From: Acidimicrobiales bacterium
GTDB lineage: Bacteria > Actinomycetota > Acidimicrobiia > Acidimicrobiales > SZUA-35
Length of the DNA: 64,000 nucleotides
Assembly: GCA_965216355.1 (NCBI GenBank)
Contig: CBDCFR010000012.1
Span: forward strand, 1,017,065 to 1,081,064
Direction: 5' to 3'
This document shows positions 1 through 8,033 of the stretch, in pieces. Under the pieces are notes generated by a model that saw nothing but the letters and a program-made list of their open reading frames with translations, made no database searches and was not told the origin of the DNA. Position numbers and translations under genes: made by a program. How positions within the stretch are numbered: the first letter of the stretch is position 1; every line of letters starts with the position of its first letter.

Positions 1-900
1 GGCGTAGAGGCACTGAGCATAGCGATGAAGGGCATCGGCCAACGTCTCGACGTTGGATCCTGCCCGGGCGTTGACGACTGACTGGCGGGCATAGTCGACG
101 GCGTCACCCGTGAGCCCCGCCAGGCGATAGGCCTCGGCCAGATCATCACAGACTACGGCTATGCCCCGCGCCGAGCCATCGACCGATCTGAATGTGTCCA
201 AGGCCTGGCGATACGACGCGATGGCGGCCGGCAGGTCACCGAGACACATTCGGACGTAGGCCAGATTGTTGTCGATGGCCGCAACCATCAACAGCTGATC
301 GTGTTCGGCCGCCAATGCCGACGCCCGCCTGTACAGACGCTCAGCAGTGCGAACTTCACCGAGGAACAAGCAGCCAAGACCACGATTGGCAATCGCTCGA
401 GCCAATACCACCTGCTCGTCGGGCACGCCTTCAAGTTCCACAATGCTTTCATCCAGCAACGCGCATCCGTCATGTACTCGGCCTTCGTGAAGCCGGATCA
501 TGCCAAGCTGAGCCTTGGCCACCAACGCAATCATTGCCGATTCGCCGGAATCATCTGAGGTGCCCGCTTCGGCCGAAGGGGATATGCCGCCGTCGATCAG
601 AACGAGAAGCCGATCGACGGCATCGCTTAAGCGCCCGGAAGCGCTCTCGGCCGCGGCCAGGCTTATTGCTATTCGAGCGTTGAGCAAGTCGGAGCCAACC
701 GTGAGTGCCCGCTCAAGGTCGTCGATCGACTCGTCGTTGCGGCCAAGCTCATAAAGGGCCGCACCCCGGGCCCAGAGGCCGGCCGATACCCGATCGGGAT
801 CATTTGATTCACACCACTTTTGGGCCTCGGCCAACCCTTGCGCCGGATCGGCTTTGGCCCGGTCGACGAACCGTCGAGCCTCGGCAGCCAGACTGAGGTC
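1..900 (-). CDS. TPR-repeat protein, N-terminal ~300 aa (3' end lies outside the window)
   Basis: Absent from the ORF track because it runs off the window edge. Hand translation of the reverse strand (codon at 900-898 = D) is uninterrupted from nt 1 up to a stop at 1309-1311. It reads DLSLAAEARRFVDRAKADPAQGLAEAQKWCESNDPDRVSAGLWARGAALYELGRNDESIDDLERALTVGSDLL ... LAEAYRLAGLTGDAVDYARQSVVNARAGSNVETLADALHRYAQCLYA. The recurring helix-turn-helix pattern with A/L/Y/G spacing is typical of TPR. The start codon is unresolved: there is no ATG or GTG near 900, and the nearest candidates are TTG at 963 or 834. Confidence 0.6.
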
Positions 901-901
901 G

Positions 902-3001
902 CTAATTTTCGTTGACCACAGTTCCGAGACGAGGGATTCGACCGAGGACTGGACGGTCGACAAGCTCGTACACCGCCTGATCGAGCACGTGCTTTTGAGC
1001 CCGTCGCACGTCGGCCGCAGCGGCTATCGCGTTGCCCTCGTCATCGAACCGGGCCTGCCGATATTGCTCAGCCGCCCGCGCCGCAATGGCGCCCACGACA
1101 GCCGGCGTCGAGAACGACGTGCCGCTCCAAGTAACCCTGGACGGCTCCGTCGTTCCTCTCACGCCGGGAGCAAGGTCGGGCCGCTGATCCGGGAGAGCGG
1201 GATCGTCCGGGTTGAACCCGATGAACAGACTGTTGGGCGCCGGGAGTTCCGGCGGCGGATCACCATGGGGTGGTGGATAAAGGAAATCGATCCACCACTC
1301 CTGCGGATTCAGGGCGTCGGAAGCAGGATCGGACCGGATCGGATCGGCCGCTGCGGGCATCGATGCTTCGATATCGACCCCCGGGGCACAGGTGTCGACC
1401 CAACCCCCGTGATTTGAGAACCACGCCGGGCCTTGCGGCCCGATCGCACCGACGGAGATGGCTTGTCGCAACGCCGCCGGCCACATCGGACGGCAACTGG
1501 CGTCGTTGCCAGCTGAGGCGATGATGAGCCAGCCGGCGTCCCGCATCTTCTCCACCACCGCTTGGGTGGCGGGCGCCGGGTTGTTGTCGAAGGTATAGGC
1601 CCCGAGCGAGAGGTTGACGATGCCGACCCGGTCGTGGTCTTTCCAGGCTTCGAAGATCTGATGCAGGCGCACAGCAACTATTGGGTCGACGCTGGCACCG
1701 TAGTTGGTCATCACGGGAGCGCTGAAGATTTCGGCGTCGGGAGCGATCCGAGCGATGATGTCTTGGATGAAGTAGTGGTGGGCGAATGCCGGATCAATCT
1801 TCACGTTGGCGTTGAGATCGCTCTGGAAGCGGGGTGGGTTTTCCGGGTCGAGGCCAAAAAACCGGGGGTAACGTTTGCTTATCTCATTTTCGGCGAACGA
1901 CGCGAAGCCGTTAACCAATTCCTGGGTCCAGGTGTAGGTGTCGAGGATAAACACCGGGATCTGGTCTCTACCCGGATCGGCCCCAATCGGACCCCGCGGA
2001 CCGATCTGTTGCGCCAACTGAAGAGGTTGTGGCGGCTCCGGACTGTCGACCAGGCGGAAACTTGCCACTTCCGGCGGGTTAAACGATCGACCCTTGCCTC
2101 CAGCATGGTTTGCAGCGCATCCGCAGCAGCCCGACCCGGACATGGAACCTGTGGACGGGTTTGCAAACGAAAACGGGTTAGCGAAGGAGAACGGGTTGGC
2201 GAACGAAAACGGATTGGCAAAGGAGAAGGGGTTAGCAAACGAAAACGGATTGGCGAACGAAAACGGGCTAGCCGTACTCAGGCCGGTCTGTTCGATACCG
2301 CTGGTGGAGAAAAGTACATATGACACATCGGCGGTGAATCCGGCCCTGCGCAGCGCGTCCGCGAGTGAAATCTCCGGCTCGAAATCGCCATCGGCCACGT
2401 GTCGGTAAGCACCTATGTCGCCGTCGTAATAGCGCAGCGAGACCTGGGCGAAACCGCGCTCTTCGATGCGAGCCCGCAGTTCCTCGGATGTGGCGGCCAT
2501 CGCTTCGGCGCCGACCGCAGTGACTGCTTCCGAGCTCAACCAGGTTTCGGTGGCAGTCAGCAGTTGTTGAGCCTCCGCCAGTTCCTCCGCCGGATCGAGC
2601 GCAGCCGCTTCGGGTACCTCGGCGTACTGGTCCGGCGTTGGTTCGATCGGTTCAGCTTTGGAAATGCCGGTTTCCCCCGCCACGTCAATTTCATTCTGGA
2701 GTTCGGCGATTCGGCGGACAAGCCCATCACAACTCTCAAGAGCGGCTCGAACGGTGGACTCTCTCGGGTCGATCGACGGATAGCGATCTACGATCATGCC
2801 GAGCATCACGTCTTCGTCGGCTAGCTCGTAGCGCTGTTTGAGGAACGCGTTCAAGCGGTCCCATTGCTGTTCGAAGGAGTTGCCGGGTGTTGGTTCGTCG
2901 AACACGACGGTGACCGAGTCCTTCAAGTAGGCGGTTGGTCGTCCGTCCCGATCTTGGGTGAAAACAAAATCTTCCCAGCCGTCTCTGGTCCCTGTAGCCA
3001 T
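902..3001 (-). CDS. Cytoplasmic S8 (subtilisin-family) serine peptidase with an N-terminal unknown domain and a 6x FSFANP repeat
   Basis: ORF 902..3031 begins at TTG 3031. ATG 3001 has GGGGAG 6 nt upstream, so I prefer it as the start. Subtilase motifs in the C-terminal half: IPVFILDTY (Asp), HHYFIQDIIARIAPDAEI (His, compare HGTHVAGIIA..AP.A.I), IVNLSLGAY (oxyanion Asn), WSGTSFSTPAVVGAIA (Ser). The N-terminus (MATGTRDGWEDFVF) has no hydrophobic signal peptide or TM segment. Confidence 0.85.
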   Translation of the reverse strand: MATGTRDGWEDFVFTQDRDGRPTAYLKDSVTVVFDEPTPGNSFEQQWDRLNAFLKQRYELADEDVMLGMIVDRYPSIDPRESTVRAALESCDGLVRRIAELQNEIDVAGETGISKAEPIEPTPDQYAEVPEAAALDPAEELAEAQQLLTATETWLSSEAVTAVGAEAMAATSEELRARIEERGFAQVSLRYYDGDIGAYRHVADGDFEPEISLADALRRAGFTADVSYVLFSTSGIEQTGLSTASPFSFANPFSFANPFSFANPFSFANPFSFANPFSFANPSTGSMSGSGCCGCAANHAGGKGRSFNPPEVASFRLVDSPEPPQPLQLAQQIGPRGPIGADPGRDQIPVFILDTYTWTQELVNGFASFAENEISKRYPRFFGLDPENPPRFQSDLNANVKIDPAFAHHYFIQDIIARIAPDAEIFSAPVMTNYGASVDPIVAVRLHQIFEAWKDHDRVGIVNLSLGAYTFDNNPAPATQAVVEKMRDAGWLIIASAGNDASCRPMWPAALRQAISVGAIGPQGPAWFSNHGGWVDTCAPGVDIEASMPAAADPIRSDPASDALNPQEWWIDFLYPPPHGDPPPELPAPNSLFIGFNPDDPALPDQRPDLAPGVRGTTEPSRVTWSGTSFSTPAVVGAIAARAAEQYRQARFDDEGNAIAAAADVRRAQKHVLDQAVYELVDRPVLGRIPRLGTVVNEN
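2156..2263 (-). repeat. Six tandem 18-nt units encoding FSFANP x6 (in-frame, inside the S8 peptidase gene)
   Basis: Reverse-strand codons, unit by unit: ttt tcg ttc gcc aat ccg / ttt tcg ttt gct aac ccc / ttc tcc ttt gcc aat ccg / ttt tcg ttc gcc aac ccg / ttc tcc ttc gct aac ccg / ttt tcg ttt gca aac ccg. All differences between units are synonymous. Confidence 0.95.
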
Positions 3002-3276
3002 GGCAGGCTCCCCCAATTGTGTAGTGGTCAAACAAATCGGAACAGCGCTAACAAGTTCGCCGTCTGCCCATCAGACGCATATCGCCGGCATTTACGTACA
3101 AAAAACACCGAACCAAATCCAGCGTCGCTTGCTTGAGAAGCACTTCTACGCCCTCAGTGACGTAGATCGTTCCGCCCTGCATTCTCGCATGGCTTAGCGG
3201 CGGCGACCAACACCGTTATCGATTCGCCACCAAGCGACTGTGGTCGCGACGATAGGCTGCCCGTGCGTCGGAGGAA

Positions 3277-4344
3277 TCAGTAGCGGCTGGAGAAACGTCG
3301 CTGGTCGGCCTGGATCTCGTGGAACACCTCGGGGATCTGCTCCCGGTAGAGCGACCACGGGTAGATCGTGGGACGGTCGGCGATGCGTTCGAACACGTCG
3401 GTCATCATCTGCGATGTGCCGTGGCTGTCGGCGCTCACGGCTAAGGCGTAGGCGTTCAGCACATGTAGCGATTCGGTGGGTGCCGGGTTGGGGGTGGCGC
3501 GCAGGAACGACTCCAGGGCCGCCACCAACTCCTGCACCACCTCGCCATGATTCAGATAAGGCGCTAGGTTGGCGCCGCCGTCGTTGAGCAGACCCTGTTC
3601 AATGTGGGCCACCGGGAGTGTCACCCGAGCGGCCGAATCGGGTGGCGCCTCCTGTTCAACCCAACGGGCGAAGTCGAACGTTGCGTCCTGCGATCCGCCC
3701 CACTTCTCGGTGAGACCCTCGATGTATTCACGGCAGGCGTCGGGGCGGAACGGATGACGGCTGTGGGCGTTGTCGAAACGTTGTCGCAACTCCTCCAGAC
3801 GCACACCGAGACCGCGGCCGCTGATCAGCAGGAACACCCACGGATCCGACAGGCTGGGGCGCTCACGGACAATGTCGTACAGATCACGCTCGGCCTGCTT
3901 CAGCGCGTCCTGGTAGTCGGACACCACCATCTCGCCCTCACGGTCGAGCTGCTCCTGGGAGAGCCGGTTCAGGTTCTCGGCGTCGGCCACCTTGGATTCG
4001 TAGGCCGCCCTGGCCTCAAACGCGTCGCGGATCAGGACTGCGGCCTGGTAGGAGCGAGCCCGGGGCGAGCCGGCAACGTCGGCCCAGCGGGCAAACACGA
4101 TGGGCTCTATGCCGACCAACTGGCTGGTGATGATCGAAGAGAACAGCCACGCTTTCGGCGATGCGTCCAGGAAGGCCTCGATCCGTCGCCAGTCGCCGTC
4201 CATCAGATGACGGTAGGCGTTGCGCAGCTCGACGTCGGCCAGAAACGGGTCGAAACGGTCGGTACGTGTTGAGAGAACCGGACTCGCCGCATGACTGCCT
4301 CTGTGGCTGGCTGTATGACTGCCTGTATGACTATCCGCCACCAT
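3277..4344 (-). CDS. Hypothetical alpha-helical protein (no family recognised with confidence)
   Basis: 355-aa ORF with an ATG start and GGAGAGG immediately upstream. Composition is coding-like, and it is co-directional with the S8 and TPR genes. The N-terminus has a short GSHTASH-like repeat. I recognised no catalytic motifs. Confidence 0.7.
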   Translation of the reverse strand: MVADSHTGSHTASHRGSHAASPVLSTRTDRFDPFLADVELRNAYRHLMDGDWRRIEAFLDASPKAWLFSSIITSQLVGIEPIVFARWADVAGSPRARSYQAAVLIRDAFEARAAYESKVADAENLNRLSQEQLDREGEMVVSDYQDALKQAERDLYDIVRERPSLSDPWVFLLISGRGLGVRLEELRQRFDNAHSRHPFRPDACREYIEGLTEKWGGSQDATFDFARWVEQEAPPDSAARVTLPVAHIEQGLLNDGGANLAPYLNHGEVVQELVAALESFLRATPNPAPTESLHVLNAYALAVSADSHGTSQMMTDVFERIADRPTIYPWSLYREQIPEVFHEIQADQRRFSSRY

Positions 4345-4385
4345 CCTCTCCAGGGTATCGATCGCCGAGGCCGTACGCTGAAGAG

Positions 4386-6317
4386 ATGATGTCGATGCAC
4401 ATGCTTTGGCCCCGCGACGCCAAGTCGGTGGAGGGCGCCCGTATCGAGCGGGCCGCCGCAGCCCGGGTGTGGCGGTTCGCCCGGCCCTACCGCCGTCAAG
4501 TGATCGGATTCCTCTCCGCCGTGATCGTGCAGGCGGTGTTGGGCCTGGTGCCTCCCCTTCTCTTCGGCAGCATCATCGACCGGGCCATCCCCAACCAGGA
4601 CCGTCGACTGCTCGTTATCTTTGCTGCTGCGATCGTCGCCGCCGCTTTGTTTCAAGGGATCGTCGGACTCGGTGAACGCTACTGGTCGTCACGTATTGGC
4701 GAGGGCGTGATCTACGACCTGCGCGTCGCCTTATTCGACCACGTGCAACAGCTCCCGTTGGCCTTCTTCACCCGCACTCAAACCGGCACGCTCACCAATC
4801 GGCTGAACAACGACGTGATCGGCGCTCAGCGGGCGCTCACCACCACGCTCGGCACGGTGGTTTCCAATGTGATCACCCTGGTCACCACGCTGATCGCCAT
4901 GTTCATTCTCGAATGGCGGCTGACCCTCCTCGCCCTGATTCTCACCCCGTTCTTCGTGCTTCCCTATCGACGCATCGGCCAGGTCCAACAGACCATCACC
5001 CGTGAGGCCATGGACCTCAACGCCTCCATGAATTCCACGATGACCGAACGGTTCAACGTGGCCGGCGCCCTGCTCGTCAAGTTGTTCGGTCGAGGTGGCG
5101 ACGAGCTTTCGCTGTTCTCCGAGCGGGCCGCCGGCGTGCGCGACATCGGCGTGCGATCGGCCATCTTCACCCGTGGTTTCATGACCGTGCTGTCACTGCT
5201 CGGCGCCATCGGTACCGCGTTGGTCTACGGCCTCGGCGGGCTGTTCGCCATCAACGGCACGTTCTCGGTTGGTGAGTTGGCAGCGATGGGTTTGCTGGTG
5301 GGCCGTATCTACATGCCGCTCACCGGTTTGACCAACGCCCGCATCGATGTGCTTACCGCACTCGTCTCGTTCGACCGGGTGTTTGAGGTGCTCGACGCAG
5401 CCAGTCCTTTGGTGGATGCCGACGATGCTCGCCCGCTGCCGTCGCCCCAGGGGCGAATCGAGTTCCGAGACGTGACGTTCCGCTACCCCCGCTCCGACGA
5501 ACTGATCGTGCCCGGACTGGAGACGCCCGGAGCGGCTGAGGCCGGCGACGGCGAGGCCGACCTCGCCCCGATTCTCGACGGCGTGAGCTTCACGATCGAG
5601 CCCGGTCAACTGGTGGCGGTGGTGGGTCCGTCCGGGGCGGGCAAGACCACGCTCACGTCGCTGATTCCCCGACTCTATGACGTGACCGGCGGTGCGGTCC
5701 TCGTCGATGACAACGATGTGCGAGAGCTCACTCAGGAGTCCCTGCGTTCGGCGATCGGCGTGGTGGTACAGGACCCGCATCTGTTCCACGAGTCGATCGG
5801 CGACAACCTGCGCTACGCCAAACCCGACGCCACCGAGGCCGAGCTTGTGGAGGTGTGTCGGGCCGCCCAGATCTACGACGTGATCCAGGCGCTGCCCGCC
5901 GGGTTCGACACCGTGGTCGGCGAGCGCGGCTACCGCATGTCGGGTGGTGAGAAACAGCGGCTGTCGATCGCCCGCATGTTGTTGAAGGATCCGTCGATGG
6001 TCATCCTCGACGAGGCCACCAGCCACCTCGATTCTGAGAACGAAGCGCAGGTACAGGAGGCTTTGGCCCGGGCGCTTGAGGGACGCACGTCGGTGGTGAT
6101 CGCCCACCGCTTGTCCACCATCACCGAGGCCGACCAGATCCTGGTGCTCGACGACGGCCACCTCGTCGAGTGTGGTCGCCACGAAGACCTCTTGTCTCGG
6201 GGTGGTTTGTACGCCGACCTCTATCACCTGCTGGTGCGCGATGGCGCCGACGGCGGTGGCGGAGTGACCTCCAACGGCGGCGCGCCCGACGGCGACGTCG
6301 AACCGGCGTTGAACTAG
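4386..6317 (+). CDS. ABC transporter, fused permease/ATP-binding exporter (MsbA/type-I exporter family)
   Basis: Six-TM N-terminal half, then Walker A GPSGAGKTT, ABC signature MSGGEKQR and Walker B MVILDEATS. The ORF-track start at 4161 overlaps the divergent gene 3277..4344. The in-frame ATG at 4386 (MMSMHMLWPRD) removes that overlap. Confidence 0.9.
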   Translation: MMSMHMLWPRDAKSVEGARIERAAAARVWRFARPYRRQVIGFLSAVIVQAVLGLVPPLLFGSIIDRAIPNQDRRLLVIFAAAIVAAALFQGIVGLGERYWSSRIGEGVIYDLRVALFDHVQQLPLAFFTRTQTGTLTNRLNNDVIGAQRALTTTLGTVVSNVITLVTTLIAMFILEWRLTLLALILTPFFVLPYRRIGQVQQTITREAMDLNASMNSTMTERFNVAGALLVKLFGRGGDELSLFSERAAGVRDIGVRSAIFTRGFMTVLSLLGAIGTALVYGLGGLFAINGTFSVGELAAMGLLVGRIYMPLTGLTNARIDVLTALVSFDRVFEVLDAASPLVDADDARPLPSPQGRIEFRDVTFRYPRSDELIVPGLETPGAAEAGDGEADLAPILDGVSFTIEPGQLVAVVGPSGAGKTTLTSLIPRLYDVTGGAVLVDDNDVRELTQESLRSAIGVVVQDPHLFHESIGDNLRYAKPDATEAELVEVCRAAQIYDVIQALPAGFDTVVGERGYRMSGGEKQRLSIARMLLKDPSMVILDEATSHLDSENEAQVQEALARALEGRTSVVIAHRLSTITEADQILVLDDGHLVECGRHEDLLSRGGLYADLYHLLVRDGADGGGGVTSNGGAPDGDVEPALN

Positions 6318-6330
6318 GGAGGTTCGCCCG

Positions 6331-6816
6331 ATGGCTGGCGGCGTCCGTGTTGCAGTGGCCAACGACATCCAGTCGATGGTCGAGTTGTCGGCCGCCTTCC
6401 GAGAACGGCTCGAAGACTACGAACCCACCTTTTGGCGGCGCCATCCCGACGCCGACCAAGTCCAGTTCCAATGGTTCGGTCTGCTCCTCGACGACGAGTT
6501 ACATCGTGTCGTCGTGAGTGTTGGTGACGATGGCCGTATCGAGGGCTTCATAATCGCCCGGGCGATGGAGGCGCCACCGGTATACCAACCCGGAGGGCGC
6601 ACGTGTATGATCGACGACTTTGTGTGGTCGACCAGTGCTGTGGCAGAGGCGCTCGTCAGCGAGATTCAACGGTGGGCCGCCGACGCCGGCTGCTGCCAGA
6701 TGGTCATCGTCACACCAGCCGCTGACAGCGAGCGACGCACTCTTTTGGAACAGTTCGGCCTCCACCGAACTTCGGAGTGGTGGATGAGCCAGATATCTAC
6801 AGAAACTGCCAGATGA
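6331..6816 (+). CDS. GNAT-family N-acetyltransferase (probable)
   Basis: 161 aa. Size and pattern (..GFIIARA...MIDDFVW...ALVSEIQRWAADAGCCQMVIVTPAAD..R..L.E.FGL) fit the GNAT fold. It starts 14 nt after the ABC gene stop. Confidence 0.6.
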   Translation: MAGGVRVAVANDIQSMVELSAAFRERLEDYEPTFWRRHPDADQVQFQWFGLLLDDELHRVVVSVGDDGRIEGFIIARAMEAPPVYQPGGRTCMIDDFVWSTSAVAEALVSEIQRWAADAGCCQMVIVTPAADSERRTLLEQFGLHRTSEWWMSQISTETAR

Positions 6817-6820
6817 GCGT

Positions 6821-8029
6821 TTGAAATCGACATGCATGATCGGCGGTGATCGAGGCGGAGACCTGGTGCGGTTGAATGAAGCTCTACGCGATGTGCGTGA
6901 GGTGCCCTTGTCGTGTCTCAGCGCGGTTGAGCTAGCTGAACGTGCTGTCGTCTTGGAAGAGGCAGCGGCGCAGTTGGATGCTGCTCGTTGCGCCACCGTG
7001 GCTGCTGCGTCTGAAGCCGTCGAAGGTCCTGGAGCGTTTAAGGCACTGGGGTTTCGTCACGCCGTTGATTTCATTGTCGATGCGTTTGGGTCCGATGCCC
7101 GGGATATTCGCAAGCTGGATCGTGTCGGCCGGTGGCTATTAGACTTCCCGGTGTTCGCGGAGGCGTTTGGCGATGGGGTGTTGACGCATCGGCATATCAC
7201 GGAGTTGCGGAGCATCGACAAACCAAAGGTGCATCACCAGTTGATCGACTCGCAGGAAATGCTGGTCGACGCCGCCAGGGAGTTGGACTTCCGGGATTTC
7301 GTGAATGTGTGCGCCTATTGGCTGAACGCCGCCGACCCTGACGGTGATGAACCCGTCGAGCAGTCCGCCAAGTCCGGACTCACCTACAAAAAGAACTCTG
7401 ACGGGTCCGTATCAGGGAGGTTCCGGTTCGATGCGCTGACCGGGCAGGCGTTCCGCACCCTGTCGGATCAAGAGACCCAGCGGCTGTTCCGTCAAGACAC
7501 CGAAGACGGGGTGAAACGCTCCCAGGGCAGCCGTCAAGGCACAGCGTTGTTGAATCTGATGACTCGTGGTTCGGCCAAGGGTGGGAATTCACAGATCACG
7601 CCACTCGTTCATGTGGTGTTGGGTGCGGCGTTGGCTGAAAACCTGGCTGAACAACTGGCTGGTGAAACAACCGAGCAGGTTGAGCCGTCGTTTGATGACA
7701 TCAACAGGCGCTGCGAGTTGATTGACGGCACACCGATCCACCCGAAACAAGCCGCAGTAGCGATGGCAGCGGGGATGCTACGCCGGATCGTGTTCGACGA
7801 ACACTCCCATCCAATCGATGTCGCCGCCAAAGCCCGCGGCTTTCCCACATGGATGAAACAAACGCTACTCGTACGGGCAAGAGGGCGATGCCAGATACCA
7901 GGATGTGACGCGCCGTTCGCGTGGCTTCAAGCTGATCACGTCCAACCCCACTCAAAGGGTGGGCCAACCAAACTCGCCAACGGGCAGATCCTTTGCGATC
8001 CGCACAATAAGTGGAAGGAGGCGAGCTGA
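6821..8029 (+). CDS. DUF222-type HNH endonuclease (actinobacterial 13E12-repeat-like family)
   Basis: C-terminal HNH motif CQIPGCDAPFAWLQADHVQPHSKGGPTKLANGQILCDPHNKWKE. The long helical N-terminal region (LDAARCATVAAASEA..) is typical of DUF222. By eye it has somewhat lower GC than its neighbours. Confidence 0.8.
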   Translation: MKSTCMIGGDRGGDLVRLNEALRDVREVPLSCLSAVELAERAVVLEEAAAQLDAARCATVAAASEAVEGPGAFKALGFRHAVDFIVDAFGSDARDIRKLDRVGRWLLDFPVFAEAFGDGVLTHRHITELRSIDKPKVHHQLIDSQEMLVDAARELDFRDFVNVCAYWLNAADPDGDEPVEQSAKSGLTYKKNSDGSVSGRFRFDALTGQAFRTLSDQETQRLFRQDTEDGVKRSQGSRQGTALLNLMTRGSAKGGNSQITPLVHVVLGAALAENLAEQLAGETTEQVEPSFDDINRRCELIDGTPIHPKQAAVAMAAGMLRRIVFDEHSHPIDVAAKARGFPTWMKQTLLVRARGRCQIPGCDAPFAWLQADHVQPHSKGGPTKLANGQILCDPHNKWKEAS

Positions 8030-8033
8030 GGTA

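Noticed and set aside
2156-2263. Possible CRISPR or other non-coding tandem array (18-nt period here; ~575-bp period at 14320-18090)
   Set aside because: There is no repeat-spacer structure. Both arrays are in-frame within long ORFs and translate to coherent peptide or domain repeats.
3032-3276. Search of this and the other intergenic regions (19397-19496, 20664-20752, 29162-29240, 41283-41389, 52476-52525) for tRNA, small RNA or riboswitch structure
   Set aside because: I found no cloverleaf-compatible stems, no conserved riboswitch cores I recognise, and only weak hairpins. These regions are most simply promoter or UTR sequence. ORF 2958..3197 is an improbable low-complexity overlap.
4161-4385. 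Long N-terminal extensions offered by the ORF track (4161, 7905, 9349, 10038, 10910, 35432, 42618, 62165, 63326)
   Set aside because: Each extension overlaps the preceding or divergent gene and is Arg/Pro-rich. In-frame ATG codons that abut the upstream stop, or sit behind an SD, give N-termini typical of the respective families.
5193-6368. 391-aa minus-strand ORF antisense to the ABC exporter gene
   Set aside because: It is completely overlapped by a gene with Walker A/B and ABC signature motifs. Its R/G/H/V/A-rich composition with no motifs is typical of open antisense frames in high-GC DNA.
6821-8029. Annotating the DUF222-HNH gene as a mobile_element feature
   Set aside because: No inverted or direct repeats, integrase, transposase or target-site duplication are visible. 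It is reported only as a CDS and a low-interest finding.
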